Shown in pieces: positions 40,818 through 55,364 of a stretch of 64,000 nt of DNA. This DNA is from Bigelowiella natans CCMP2755 (Eukaryota > Protista > Cercozoa): contig ADNK01001913.1 of assembly GCA_000320545.1 (NCBI GenBank), positions 18,015-82,014 on the forward strand, in the 5' to 3' direction. The stretch's first letter is position 1; every line of letters begins with the position of its first letter. Position numbers and translations under genes: made by a program. The notes beneath the pieces were generated by a model, which searched no databases, had not been told where the DNA came from, and saw only the letters and a list, made by a program, of their open reading frames with translations.

Positions 40818-41244
40818 TGTCTATTTCTTCATGACCTCGTGCTTCCTTGGCTCCGGAAAAAGGTGTTTGCATTGAGAGGTAGCGAACACAGCTAAAAAAC
40901 TAATAGAACTCAAACAGATCAGCCGAATCTAGTTCCAATTTATAGCTTTTGTTGCATTATCGATATCTTAGCTTGAAGATACTTGGAGTGTCTCATCGCT
41001 GGGACTCGTCTCTAGGACTCACGCGTTTTCGCTCAGAAGGCTGTCAGTTTACTCCAATCTCCAAGAAAGAGTATCCAAGAGGAACATGCCAGGATGAAGT
41101 CATGGTATTAATAACCCAGTAGACACATGAAAAGCAAACAGATGTAGTTAAAGAAGAGCATTGAAATGAGGGATGAAAGTTAAACATTCCTAAATCTGAA
41201 CCTTACCCTTCTCCTTCGAAACCGGTCGTGCACGTGTATAGATT

Positions 41245-41787
41245 GTGAGAGGCAAAAAACGCGCCGGCTCCGAGGACATCTCCAACTTCCCAATCGTTGG
41301 CTTGAAGTGCGAGTACCAGAAGGAGAAGCTCGGGCACACACTCTTCGGTGTTCAGAAGCAGCGCTGCATGATCGATTCGTTCGATGAAATCGGTTTTGGA
41401 GAGGGGCCTCTTAACAGCGACTCTTTGCAAAGGGTGCATTGTTCCCACGGCGATCTCGTCGCTGATTCCTGCGATTCAGGCGCTCAATATTCGCTGGAGA
41501 GTCTATTAGGTTTGTTTGGTTTGAAAGATAGTCACTTGAGTGAGCTTTACCATCTAATTGCCAACGGGCATCTATGAGTCTACATAAAGGCTGTTGTCAT
41601 CTCTGCGTTCAACTTCTGCGCGTCGATCAAAGAAACGTGCCTTTATTTCCCAACATTCAACTTCCTTCGAATCAATATTCAAGTTTCAAAAGCCCTTTCT
41701 TTTGATAATCGGCGTTTGTCCTTTGCCTGATGACCGTTTTTATCTTTTATCTTGCAGGGAGAATATCTGATTTTTAATGAACACACA

Positions 41788-41838
<51 letters not shown>

Positions 41839-42544
41839 TGTACTTGCGTGCATGTGTGTGAATGCGCTTCGTTAACTGGTCCTTTCCCTGTCTTCCTTGC
41901 TATACCCTGCTTCCCCCGTCCTTCGCCTTCATTGCCATCTCCACTACCATTGCTTTGCAATGGCATCCACAGGATACCGCGTCTGTGGCCTTGACAATCC
42001 CAGCGGAATTGTGAGACTAAACGGTTGCGACACAAGAGTATTTCGAATGATGGCAAATCTTGGCTTAGATAGCTCTAAAAACGTCTTTGCCGCAAGGGCT
42101 TTTACGATTACAAGCGTGATGATTGCGATTATCATCACAAGTGGCCTCATCGTGACCACCATGGGCGTTCTCACGCTAACGCTTCATCGTAGATATCTCA
42201 TTCGGAGACTTCGTCGGTCATCTTACCACCACCAATATGAGCTGCAGCAACAGCAGCAGCAGCAAGAGGAGGAGGAGGAGGGTGAGGAGGGTGGGGAGGA
42301 TGAGAAGGATGAGAACACCGCCCCGTCCTCCTTTGCGACTTCGCAAACATTAGTCGGCGCTGTTTCGCACAGGCTTGATCGCAGTGAGGCCACCGCTGGT
42401 GGCTGCAATGACGATGATGAGGATGATGATGATGATGATAATGATGATGGGGGCGGTGATGGTGACGCCCCAAACAGTGTGATGCTGTCCACATTGAGCT
42501 CATCTCACCTCGCCCCTTCTGTGAGAGAAAGGTCGAATGATTGA
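41245..42544 (+). CDS. Hypothetical single-pass membrane protein with acidic low-complexity tail
   Basis: TM segment ITSVMIAIIITSGLIVTTMGVLTL followed by basic HRRYLIRRLRR and polyQ/E/D; the 5' exons are uncertain. Confidence 0.5.
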
Positions 42545-43328
42545 AATTTAGTGCTCTTTCAGCCATTTACCACCCATGCACAATGATACCGTTTCATGTA
42601 AACATCTGCTAAACACAATGGTGTGCATGCTAGCAGGCTAGAGGACATCTCAAACATGATGCTCCATCAAGCGGTTTCCTTTGGCGTAGAAATCAAAACA
42701 AAGAATTAGCTTCTAAACCTCTTGCTAGTGAAATTAGATGACATCTAGACATGGCATTGATGACAACGGGATGGTGCCGATTGCATGCATGGCTGCTGGC
42801 AATTTCCATCATCAATTCGCCACCGCGCAGCGCTGTGCCGAAGCTGAAGTCCCTTTTGAACTTGCTATGTGTGCAAAACGAGTGTGTGCATGCGTGCTAT
42901 ATAGTGTCAGAGCCCTCTCGGCCTTCCTACAGTGATATTGATCGTGTCAAGCATGCGTGTCGTACATGCTGTTCCACAGCAGAGCAATGAACGCAACTTT
43001 AGCTTTAGCAGCAGCAGTATCTGTGTGCATTCTAGGGCGCAGTTTGAGATCAATGAACATGCTAGCATGGGCGCAGTTCATCTTTCTGCCGCAAGGCAGG
43101 TAGCTCGATGAATCAGTACAAGGCTAGAAGGCCTTGATAAACGACGCAATGACATTTTGTTACATCTACATGCTAGCATGTAAGCTCAAAGATCTTCAGG
43201 ATTGCCAGTGTTTTCACACTGTACATATAATCATACATCACTATAAAGAGCATGAATCTTACGAAAGCATCTTGCATATGTTCAGTCATATACATCCCAT
43301 CTTGCTGGTCATGTGACGTTTGCGCAGA

Positions 43329-46040
43329 TTACGACCGACGAGCAAGTATGACCTCATCTAACCACGGGTTGCTGAACTTCCCCTCAGGATCTATATTGCC
43401 TACGTGGTGCCGAAAAGCCTCCAGCTTCGGGCCATACATGCGAGAGGCCTTTGCATGCGTCAAGTTGCTTAGTTTCCCCCTGCCACACAGCAGTATTCAG
43501 GTGAAATCACATTCGGTACATTTCGTCTGTTTTCAGCGATAATGTATACGCCCTAAATCTAAGTCTCGCTATCGATCATGGCGCTGTGGGAAGCTTCACA
43601 GTGGTAAAAGAAAGCACCAGTGCGGTTTGGGATTGAAGTCACTCAGTCCGTCTTCTACGATGGCAGCTGCTTGCAGCACCCTCTCTTCTCCGAGCCCTGA
43701 ATGGATGCCGTGCGAAATCGCCAGAGTGTCAAAGCCGTCTTCCTCGGATGCGTTATAGGGGGACAAGGCCTAAGTGGCAGCATTGACGATGATAAATATG
43801 AGTTTTCGAGCGCTGGAATAGCCTCGAAGCGCGGATGCAGAGCGACTTGTGAAAGGCCATCAATATTCATTCAATGCATGCTGAGGATCTAGCTTGCTCC
43901 ACCTGATCATCAGCTCTGACAGCTCTTATTTCTGCGTATAAGATTCCCGGCCATGACCGTGCGATTAGATGCAGGCGCTCCAGGCACTCCTTGGCGTATC
44001 TTAATGGAACGAAATGCTCGAATTGCAGCTCGGGAGCTCCTTGAGGGCCGAATGGTGCCGCATCCTTCATCCAAACATGCAGTTGGTCAAACCAGCGGCC
44101 TGTGATGATAACAACCCATGATTAGTGCTCGCAGCTACACATACACCACCGTCGAATGGAGGATTGTGTGGAGGCGCTGATGTTTACACACGTCTGGCGA
44201 GTGCATCAAGCACGGTAAGAGAGAGAGAGAGAGAGAGGGTGAGAGAGGAGGGGGGGGATTAGATTGAGAGAAATTGGGCTGGAGGTTCGAAGCAGAGATT
44301 GTATTGTTTTCGTTCTCAATAGCACACCGTAGGGTATGTGCAAAATATACCTTTCACTGTGGTCTCAAAGGTATCCCCTTCGATGAAATTGTAGACCGCG
44401 TCGTTCTTTAGCAGTAGCTTCCCAAATCTTTGTTTCGGGGAGAACCCTACGCTTGAATTGCATTTCTCGCCCTTCCTAGCTTCTCTTTCCCCCGAGGCGG
44501 AGGCGTCGCCTGCAGCAGCTGGGGTAAAGCGTTTTAAAATCAACATCCCGGGCGCATCAACGGAAAAGTCGACGAAGAGACTGAAAGCGTCGCAGCTTCG
44601 CATTGCCTCGGGCAATACTGCCAAGGCGTCAGATAGTTCAGCTCCTGTCGGGCCATGGCTCTCATGCGCGGGCCAAGAGCCGTAGACACATTGCTCCACG
44701 TCGAAATTACGTACGAGCTGCAGCTTAAGGTGAGTGCAAATGCCAAGCATCCCCAATGAGACCACAGAGAACGAGAACTCCGGATCTGAATCATTATCAC
44801 GAATAATATTATGATGCTAAAATGTCATCAACCTCGCCATAGTTTCCACGAAAGTAATTTTAACTGTAATCAATATCATCATCATCACCCATACGACGAC
44901 AACCCAAAGCAGCAGCAGCAGCAGCAGCAGCAGTGTTAAACATTCTCTCCTCTCTTTTCCGACCTCCTTTTCTAACAGTTCTCGTCTCGCCATCTGCTCC
45001 GACAAATTTCATTTCTACGACCGCATCTGCTAGGCCGCTTATTGCCACTCGTCCACATGGTCCTACCCCGCTCTGCATCGAGTAGAGACAATATGGACTC
45101 ACTCGGCTTTTCCCCTCATCACGGATCATCAGCAATATTTCACCAGCTTTACAGAATTACAGTAAATGCAAAAGTTACCGATCCATGGGTTCCTGTAGCA
45201 ACCGCTCCGGCAACGCTGAAATGGGGCAGGGCTGCAGTCATTGGCAAAGCCCACGACGTGTCCCTAGTAAGGAATGATTAATGGGTCTATCAAGCACATA
45301 AAATTGACATATTTACACGTTGTTTCAACGTTTTAGATACCTTAAGGCATTGCAGAGCTCACTATATGTAGTTCCAGCATCAATGGAAACGACACCTTCA
45401 ATGTCATCAAGCAGGCAAATGCGAGGCATCTTTCTCATCGAAACGAACCCGATGTTATCGTCGCCAGCATTGAAGAGCGGGGAGAACGAATGCGTGCTGC
45501 CGATGGCCCTGAGCTTTGGGTCTAGTTTAGAATCCATCAAAATTCAGCGGTTAACATTCAACGAAAAGGGCAAAAGATTCAGATCTGCTCACGCGAGGCC
45601 ACTGTGTGCTGAAGAGCTTCCATGTTTTCTGGCTCGAAGAGTCTTGTCGCAGGGCCCCAAGACTGGTTGCCAGCCCAGTTTGCAAATCGCCAAGAATCGT
45701 GCCGATCCCTCTCCGCCCATGGCCAACGATACATCGGGCTTGGAATCATTGAACGCAGCCTGCGCATGGGGAGGGGGGTGGCACGTCCTTCCGAGGCAAC
45801 AAATCTCGAGAATCAAAATTATTAGGAAATATGGTCATACCCCATATCTTTTCCATCTGCGACAACCACAGTATGTTGTCGCAAAGATCAACCAATTTTT
45901 CCCAGCAAAGAAACATCTTGGAAGTTTCTGATAGTGAATTGAGAAATGCGACGGGAGAAAAGCGTTGTCGCAGGGAATCAATGCGGCCGTTTTATATTAC
46001 CTAATTCTCCCAAGAGAATTGCTCCTCTCCCCGTGCTCAT
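43329..46040 (-). CDS. FAD-linked sugar-alcohol oxidase, alditol/xylitol oxidase (ALO/gulonolactone oxidase family)
   Basis: NWAGNQSW..FEPENMEAL; LRAIGSTHSFS (covalent-FAD His); IDAGTTYSEL; LPHFSVAGAVATGTHGS; VSLGMLGICT; ELQFEHFVP; YAEIRAVRADD; PKPHW|GKL; IDPEGKFSNPWL. The start is tentative. Confidence 0.9.
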
Positions 46041-46599
46041 TCATATTCCGGAGCTAGCGGGGGGGCATCGATCCTGGTGATTGAGGCTGAACATCAGCAT
46101 ACTTTCTGTTTCAAGAATCCATAATAAAACCTCACACCATGAATTAGATAGATGGATCAAAAAAATGAGAAAGCGGCCAACCAGCCACCCGACCCTCCCC
46201 TCGTCTGTTCGTCTGATATTTGTCGTCATCATCAGGTCGTCGAGCCGCCAAAGGGCCTGTAGAGGAGATAATGGGTTCATTATTCTCCTACATTTGTAGT
46301 GGGAAATGGTTTAAAAGTTCTGCTGCTTCTTTTCCATCCGTATTGGGTACTCAACACAATCACTATATTCCATAATACGATAAAAACTCGATGCGAAAAT
46401 TGCCTTCAGTTTACGGTCTTAGATCAAGTGGGGGGCACGAATTGGTCGAGAATTTGTGCGTGGTAAAACATGGAAAGGTAAATGCGTAGTCTTTGTATTG
46501 TAGAAAATTTGAGTTTAAGCATTTACTCACAACCCCTCTATTCATGCCATAAATATCGATGCGAATTCTTAGAAGGGTTGGTGGGATTCGAAAGTTGTA

Positions 46600-46665
46600 T
46601 ACTGCAGTGACGCCAGCTTCAAATATCTAGAGGCAATCCCGGTGTGTGATCTGCTGAAATGAAAA

Positions 46666-46709
<44 letters not shown>

Positions 46710-47650
46710 AAAATCATGTGAATACACATGAAAATATATTTGTGCTAGTTTGGATGAATCTATAAATAAGATTGTTTCAAGTTGAATTCGAAACACTACA
46801 CGATACGAATCACGATACGAATTCAAACATTTGCCTTCCCATTCAGGGCGAAGGAAAACCTCAACTTGATAGATATGCAGAACAAGCGACAGCTATCGTT
46901 TTTATGGCCACAGATAAGAAGCTCGTCACTGCCAAACGGGAACTGCACAATGTAGGCGCAGCATGATACAACATCAAAGTAGTATATGTGTGCTTGTGCC
47001 ACTTTACAACATTTACGACATTTTGCTCTTTTTCATCTTGAACACCCGAATAAATAATGGCCAAGTAAGCGGCAGAAAAGCTTGTTTCGCGACTGCGTAG
47101 AAATAATTAATACGTTTATCAAAACTAGCTCGGCGAATTGTCCTTCCTATTTCTCCCAATTGTGGTTAATCGCATATTTGCGCATGAAAGCTGCTGATGG
47201 ATCCTCGAGTCTCTTGGACGGCCCCTGTTGTGATCATGATCACCGTCACAGACTCGTCTAAAGATTCAGGTATTTTGACTTCATTGTGATGACTGAAGCA
47301 GCAATCATAAACATGACAAACATGTGTGTTCCTGTAGTCCGCGAAAAAACGAGGAAACATCTTGAGGACAAGTTCCGGTGCCTGTAACAACAACGATGAG
47401 AGTTTTTTTGGTTGCTTCACCCTCTACTGTGAATTTATTGCAAATGCGACTGCACTACCAACGCTTCTTTCCTTGTGGCACACCTCCACGTTTGCATTTC
47501 AGGTTAAACTACAAGTTGTCTCCGAGGCGGTCTCGCGTCATCATCATTCCAGAGAGCAAGCAGCATTACGTTTCTGACAAAATTGGAGGTTTTGGAGGAA
47601 GGGCTACCTTCATCAATGAAGCTTTGTGTTGGCTAAGACGAGAATGCTGC
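46600..47650 (+). CDS. Hypothetical micro-exon gene
   Basis: Short AG/GT-bounded segments (DKKLVTAKRELHN; VREKTRKHLEDKFR|LNYKLSPR); no family recognised. Confidence 0.3.
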
Positions 47651-48318
47651 AATGATTGACAAGCCTGTGGACGACAGCTAGACGTTCCAGAGTTTAGCAG
47701 TGAGAGCTTGCATGGATGATGGATGAATGCACCTTGGATTAGCCAAAAAGGACATCTTGCAGTCATTGCAATGAACTGACATCCTCAAAGAAGCCCATCT
47801 TGAAGACAACAAATTCTTTGTCACATCATGCTAGTATGCTAGGCACTAGGTTAGCTGCTAGCATGGCGGGGCTCACGGCCCATGTGGAACAACACAACAA
47901 TTTAGCATAACAAATTGTCTGAACAAGCAAATGCGATTCAACTTCTTGACACTGTGAGACATTCTGGGCAGCCATTATTCACGTTTTTGCAAGCACAAAA
48001 AGCTTGCTGCAATCACCACACACATGCGTCGTGTATCCAGAGGCCGCTTCAGCGTCCAGGGCTAGCAGGGTTAATAATATTACGTGTCTATAATGTTACC
48101 AAGTTAATAGCTATGTTCATTTTATTTGACAATGCGTTGCATCGTGCACATGGCCGCATGGCTAACTGCCGATGCGTACTACGCATTTTTTGCGCCAATC
48201 GAACTACATGGCGAATACAGTTTATGTCTATTATGTTTCATTTATGCTAACTGCACACCCTAATTAAGGGGCATGCTAGAGGCTCTACAGCATCGGCAGC
48301 CCGATCACACTAGTCCTG

Positions 48319-48358
<40 letters not shown>

Positions 48359-48406
48359 TTGAGGAGGACACGATAAAATCAGCATTATTAGCACCACAGC
48401 ATCTGC

Positions 48407-48994
48407 TCATCCAATCAGGCGGAAACGATCTCTCATCGGACTAACACGTCTAACTCTTTTAAAGTTGGTGAAGGGAGAGCGCAGTGAGATGATTTTGAGT
48501 CGCTGTGGGGAAACAGACGACAGATCAATCACAAGCACACACACTATAAAAGCGAAATTCAGCAGCATTCGATTCGGCTGCTGTTTTGGAATGAAACTCC
48601 TCGTTATAGATCGCTGGAGGGTACCTTTCTCCCGGGCAGTGACAGGAGGGCTCGAGGACGGGCAAGTGCGTTGTCGTTGCTGCGGTTTACGAGGAGTTGA
48701 AGACCGGAGATGTAACAACCTTGCTATCCTTCCCGCCGCCTGATTCACATTGCAAGGTCACATCTGTTATTTTCCCAACATTTTCATGTACGAATCTTGG
48801 CAGTTAACAAGTAGTGTGTAGATCATGAACCGTCCATCCCACCACCCCCCCACCCCCCCCTTCCCCAATGCCTGTCCTTTGTTACTTTGGTTATGGGCGT
48901 TTCTTCGCTCTTCCTCTTTTCACTTCGAGCCCGATTACCCTCTCGCCGTGTTGCGGTGTAAGGGGTTATCGTAGCAGTCATTGTAGTTTTTGAA

Positions 48995-49025
<31 letters not shown>

Positions 49026-49708
49026 TTAGTGTGGCCACTGATGACGGTAATAAGGAAGAGGAGGTGGGGGAGGAAAATGGAGAAGGGCTTGTGATGAATA
49101 CAGACGCATTGCTACGCTCGTGGATGGACATATGATGCTAAGTAGAACAAAGCATAAGGAGACGTGAGAAGGGGAGAGGGGGGGGGAGGAGAGAAAGAGA
49201 GAGCGGACAGAGAGGCGTACATTCAAATTGTGATAGTAATGTGCTCACTCTGAATACACACGCGAAGAAGTGCGAACACATACACGCAGTATCGATGGTG
49301 AACATGCAAATTGAGAAACTGGGTTTTGATCGCAAACATTACATAGAGTGCCCCGGGGTTCGCAAAGCTCTTTTCGCAGTATTTGTACTTGCAGAACCAC
49401 GGTTTCCTCCTCGTGTGACTTTCCCATGTCCACACAAAGAAGAGGAAGAGGAAGAAGAAGAAGAAGAAGAAGAAGAAGAGGAGGAGACAAACAAGCAACA
49501 GTCACAATAGTCACTACAACGACGACTAGATATGTAGCAAGTTGTTTATTGTCATTGTATATAGTGAGGCAGCAGTACGTGTTTTCGTGCTGCAGCAACG
49601 TGTCCTTGCGCTTGAATGATCTCTGGCATGTTTTGCATCTGCTCGAAGATGTTAAAAACAGAGCAGGATATTAAGGCAACACCACAATAGATAAGAATCA
49701 ACAGTATC

Positions 49709-49747
<39 letters not shown>

Positions 49748-52180
49748 TCTCTATTTATCTATCTATCTATCTATCTATCTCTTCCCCTCCCATCCCCTCC
49801 CACCCCACTCGTCTCTCCTTCTTACGCACATCGTACATGATATATTGTAAAAAGATAGAATTGTTCCTCATCGAACATCATTGAAACGCGTGTGCTTTCT
49901 GGTGTTATCGGCTGATACGGACTTGTATTTTGGCAGAGCGTGGCATCGAAGGTGGTTCCGAAGGCCGATTATATTGGAGAAAACCGCGTCGCATTTGCTG
50001 CAATAGTGGTAGCTGGGGAAAACAGAGCTTAGTCAACAAAAGCTGGTGAGGAAGTGATGAAGCCACCAGTTGAAGTCTACGGAAGAGAGTATGAAAGGAA
50101 TCGCAACATCTTTTTGATTCTAAAAAAAAATCTGCCCTCCTATTACCTCGGAGAGGCCTGCTGGTGCATGCGGATGTGCCGATTGTATTGAGAGCTTTAA
50201 TAATATTAGCACTTAGTTAAAGAGGATTCCCTTCTTCCATTGGAAAAAGAATTAAGCCCATCGGATATTTGCAAAGGCTCGAGCATGCGAACATACGCTT
50301 ACTGAGTGGTGAATGTAATGTTGTTGCATTTGCTGCATTTTGGAGGCTGGCGTCTTTGGCAAAAGTAGGCCCAGTTCGCGTTGAAAGGGATCTGCGACAA
50401 TGGCACTCCACAGTAACCTAATGTTGTTTATGGAGCATATATTTTTGAAAACGACAGCATCGTGCACATAAAATTACAAATCAACTATTCGGCTGTGGCC
50501 ACCTTTTCCTTGGGCGCATACACTGCAGCGTGACCGCTTCCCGCTTTTCCCGCATTTCCCAATTTCTAGTAACGGATACAACAGCATGGTGCCATCAAGA
50601 GTAAACTCTTTGGGTGTGTATTTGAAGTTCGAATGAAATATGCATTTTGCAGCTTGCAAGTTTTTCCATTTTGCAGCTTGCAAGTTTTTCCATCCCCCCC
50701 CAATTTTGTTAACCTGACTCCGCAATCTTTGCCATTCGCTCCGCCATATTCTTAAAATAATACCCGAATACGTTCTCTTGAGCCACGGTTCCCGCTCCTC
50801 CATCCTAGAAGTAGGTAAAATAGTTAGGCCGAGTTGGAGAACACCTGAGGGAATCCATACCTCTGCACATGGATATACTATCCTGTGGGTAACCATTAAG
50901 TTTTCCAGTCTATCAGCATCCGATTTCAGTTCAAAAGACTGTCCGCAAATCAGAAGGGGGAAGAACAGCGAAAGGCTACGAACCCTTTTCCCCCCCCTCA
51001 TCGCCCAGCTTCGTCGCCCCGAAAGCCACGGGCGAGATGTGCGCCTGCAGGATTCAGATAATAGTTCATCGGACATATATCGTAGACTTTACAACACTGA
51101 AAAATTATCAAAAGGACCTTGGAATAGTATGTACGACATCTTTGAATCTCTGTCGCTTGCATAGCGGCACTTCCGACATAATAATTCGGGCAGACGCATG
51201 CCTGCGCGATGCTTTTTGAAATTGTGTTTTCTTCGTAATTTAAAGGGCATTGAAGACGGGAGACTGCAGTTTTCAATCAATTCTGTTTCAGAATTCCCCT
51301 CACTCGATGCAGAAAGCTTTCAGTGCTTTTCGGAACTAGAACTAGCACGGAATTTTCGGTTTGTTGACCAGCAATTCCAGGTGAAATGGTGGAATATGTT
51401 GTCGCAGATCATTAACGCCCGGAAAAATATCTTATAAAAAGTCGGCCAACGTATGAAATTTAGGAACGTATTTCCTGGTGCATTCTCCGACAGATCGCCA
51501 ACGAACACTCCTTTCGCCCTCCCCCCCCCAAGAAGCAAATGTCAAGCGGTCTAGATTGGGACAAGTTCGTGGAGGTAAAAAATATATACACGATTGCTTC
51601 GGTATTTTTAAATTCTCTCGTGTAGGTCGCCAAGGCGGCCGGCGTTGAAGATGATACAATTGACGTGCTCGATGCAGAGGGATACGCTGACGAGGTAATG
51701 TGCCTTACTGCGGTTCTCTTTGGTATAAGTAAAGAATACCCAGCGAAACTCTCTTTCTTGTTCTTTATTGCTTACACAGGCAGACGATCTCTTCGAAGTC
51801 ACCATGAAAGAGTCAGCTCAACCACTACCCTCAAAACACACACTTTCGCAAACGAACACGCTCGCCATTCCATCATGTTCACAACCGCCCCTGCCCACCA
51901 AATCCAATATCTAAACGCGAAATGTTTCATCGGAAAAACGGGCATGGGCGTGTCCTCGCAGTCTAGATTTTGTACAGAAAGCTGCGGCATTGACGAAATG
52001 CACTATTTTCTCTGTATTCTACCTGCATCGACAGACTTCGGGAGCTGAACCTAGAACCGGGGCAGCCCGAGAAAACGCTCGCAGCTATCTGCAGCTTAAA
52101 CCCAAAGGTGTAGCCACAGACCGATGAACGCGTGATGATTTGCTCGTCCTCGTGCAGAGCTCTGCTTACACTGCCGTCCA
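48407..52180 (-). CDS. C2H2 zinc-finger protein (at least 4 fingers) with Ser/Thr-rich tail
   Basis: CSKCNNITFTTHSQYNRHIRMH; YCSKCDAVFSNIIGLRNHLRCH; CKTCQRSFKRKDTLLQHENTH; FCKYKYCEKSFANPGALYHHMSIH (fingers at ~49.1-50.35 kb). Whether 50.5-52.2 kb belongs to the same gene is uncertain. Confidence 0.75.
50643..50690. repeat. 24-bp in-frame tandem duplication (WKNLQAAK x2 on the minus strand)
   Basis: cattttgcagcttgcaagtttttc x2. Confidence 0.85.
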
Positions 52181-52405
52181 ATGCTGCCGTCGTGAGCGGA
52201 TATATATCTGGACCTCAATTCTTATATTTTGTTAGGTTAAACAGCGAGCAGAGAAGCTAGGGTTGAAGCCTGCGAGCGACGCTAAGAAAACGCAAGCTGC
52301 ACCCGGTGAGATCTCGCTTGATTTTCCCATCTTAGCGTCGCGTGTGTGTGTGCGTGAAAGCGTGCGTCTGCCTGAGGGTATCCCCCGTCGCAGCCAATAG
52401 AAGAA

Positions 52406-52532
52406 ATGATGCCGATAAAGAAGATAAATACCGCTTTAGGGAGCAATATCGTGAAAAAGGCAACGGAAGAACGTAAAGTCGCGACCGTCAGTGACATACA
52501 GAAAGGCGCAAGAGAGTAGGAAGAAACATGAG

Positions 52533-52569
<37 letters not shown>

Positions 52570-53151
52570 TATATATTTTTATATAGTGTTCCCAATATCT
52601 AACGTCATGATAGCCTGGATGAATACGTGGCCGAGTAGTTCCAACCTGCTGTCTCCCTCCCCTCTGTACCTACCCTCCTGTTTTGTGCAAAGCTTGCTGT
52701 TCAAACTGAGCTTCGCTGTGGGTTTCGTCCTTGGTTCTCCAGAGGAAAAGGTGGCTCTTTGTTCCCCCCCCCCTTCTCTCTCCAAGCACACACTACTGTG
52801 AGTACGTGCCGTGGTTATCCATGTAAACATTCGGTTTTCCTGGTATTAGAAAAACGAGGAAAAGAGAAGCAAAGCTAACAAGGCACTGGCAGACGTGAAT
52901 CCCTCGTTGCAGCGTTTGGCCGCACTTGCGAATAAGCTACCGAAGGATTGCGCTTCGGTGAATGACAGTGGAACTAAATCTCATTGAAAGCAGCGAAATA
53001 GTAGCGCGGGTTTATTATTGCATGCTGATGATTATTCTTGGCTGCATCACAGCTGAAGGCATTATCGAAACTGATATCAGACGTGTGAGAATGGACGCAC
53101 CAACGCGTGTTATGATATAGAGGGCACACGATCTTACAACCTCACAATCAC

Positions 53152-53228
<77 letters not shown>

Positions 53229-54493
53229 GTTGTCCTAGGGGTAAAACAAGTTATCCAGTCCGCTCAAACATTGTTGCAGATCGTTGGGTAACCGCCCCCT
53301 CCCCTCCCCTCCCCAACACACACACAAAACACCACACACACGCACTCGCACAGGCATGCATCCCCATGAACCTCCCTCATAACCCCCCCCCCCCCTTCTA
53401 CCCTTCCTTTCCTCCGAATACGGTTGCAGCACCGTCGCGGGAAGCGCACCCGACGAGGCAGCCAAGCAAACACTGACTATGATTCTAGAGCGGTTTGAAG
53501 GTGGGTCTTTTCTCCCCCCCTCTTCCCGACCGCTGCTGCTGCTGCTGTTGCGGTGTTGGTGGCACTTCTTTCGAGTAGAATAGTTGGGAGGATAGGGGAG
53601 GGCGGGTAGGGCAGCAGCACTTCGCTGGTGATATATGTGTGACTCATGGGAGAGCATATGTGCGTGTCGAATGAAGGTCGGCAGCAAGGCGCCGCTCGCT
53701 TTAGCGTTCCAAATTGATTTGCTTTCCCCCCCTCCTCCTCCTCTCCCCCCCCGCCATCTCTCTCTCTACCTTGCGCAGGGTCGGTTTCCTACCTCAAGGT
53801 GACGCACTGACACAAGCAGATGATAGAGCGATAGAAAAGCTGGAGAAGCGATGCTAATGAATGATGAAAACCACCATGTTGCCAATGATGGTGATGATGA
53901 TGATAGTGGTGATGATGATGATGATGATGATGATGATGACAATAGTGAGGTTAATACCTGCAGTGATGCAACCGGCTAGGAATAATGATAATGGGCTGGC
54001 GGCCTTTTCTCCCCCTTCACTAACGGCTCCCCCTCCTCTTCCTTTCTTCCTTCTGACACCCTCTCTCCAGCTCGCAACTGCAGGGAACTTAACAGACACC
54101 TCCACAACAAAGCTCATGGCTGCTGTGGCCAAAGGTGTGTGCAAGTCCCCCCTTCACATTTGGACCAACGTGCTCTGTAGTGCATGAATATTCTCCAACC
54201 CCCCGCATTGTGTTTCTTTCTTCAGGGGTAGAGGACCGTTTAATGGATACCGTCAATTCGTGCAAGAGGTTTCAGATGAATAGCCAGATTATTGCCTCAG
54301 ATCAAAAGGTAGCACCCCCATATGCTGCCCCTCCCCCCTTATCCACTCCCCAACTCCTTGTGCGTTCAAGCATGTGGATGTCAGCTGAAGGATTTTGTGG
54401 ATGCCGAAAGGAGTGTGTTATTTCGTGATGGGTTGGAAGCTTTGCCCCTCACCTTCGACGTCCATTGTCATTTTCCGCCTCTCTCCTCTCCCT

Positions 54494-54542
<49 letters not shown>

Positions 54543-55142
54543 TCTCTCTCTATCTATCTCGCTCGCTCTCCTCGCAGTTGCGATTAGTACTTACCCCATC
54601 ATCTATCCATCTATCCATCCATCCATCCATCCATCTCTCTTCTCCGTCGCGCTTCAGATCTGGTCAGAGACTACACAGGCTATGTGGGTTGCGGTGAAAG
54701 GTAGATTTGATACTTCGCCCTCCTCTTCGCAGCTCCGCTTGTGTCGTGGGGGCGGGAGGCGGGGGGCAGGGGGGAGGCTAAATCTACAAGATTTTCGTTG
54801 AGCAAACGTGTTGTTGTTGTTGTTGTTATTGTTGTTGTTGTTGTTGTATCCAGGATCGCTGGAGACGTTAAAGCACTTAGCGCGCATGATTATGCAAACT
54901 TCGTCGAGAAAACAGCTCATCGATGCGGTAGTACTAGTGCAACCACCATCATGATAACTGGTCAATAACACAACGAGGGTCAGAGTTGGGGTATGCGTTT
55001 TCGCGGTCTATGTGTCATATTTGAAATCTTCTAGATTACGTGTTCAAAAATCACGTTTTTGATGCCCCCCCCCCCCCCACCTCAACATCTACCTGTCAAT
55101 ATAGTTGATGTTGCGGCAATGGCTATGATCCTGCATGTTCAG

Positions 55143-55178
<36 letters not shown>

Positions 55179-55217
55179 GCGCATAACGTATCTGAGTTTG
55201 ACTCCCACATCTCTTCT

Positions 55218-55258
<41 letters not shown>

Positions 55259-55319
55259 ATTCAGGGTAGTAAAGTGATGATCGAAACGCTTTTAGAGAAA
55301 GTAATAGCCAACATATTGT

Positions 55320-55364
<45 letters not shown>

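Noticed and set aside
40246-40875. 209-aa plus-strand ORF
   Set aside because: No motif; it overlaps antisense to the probable 5' part of the RING-H2 gene.
45320-45931. 203-aa plus-strand ORF
   Set aside because: Antisense shadow of the FAD oxidase exons.
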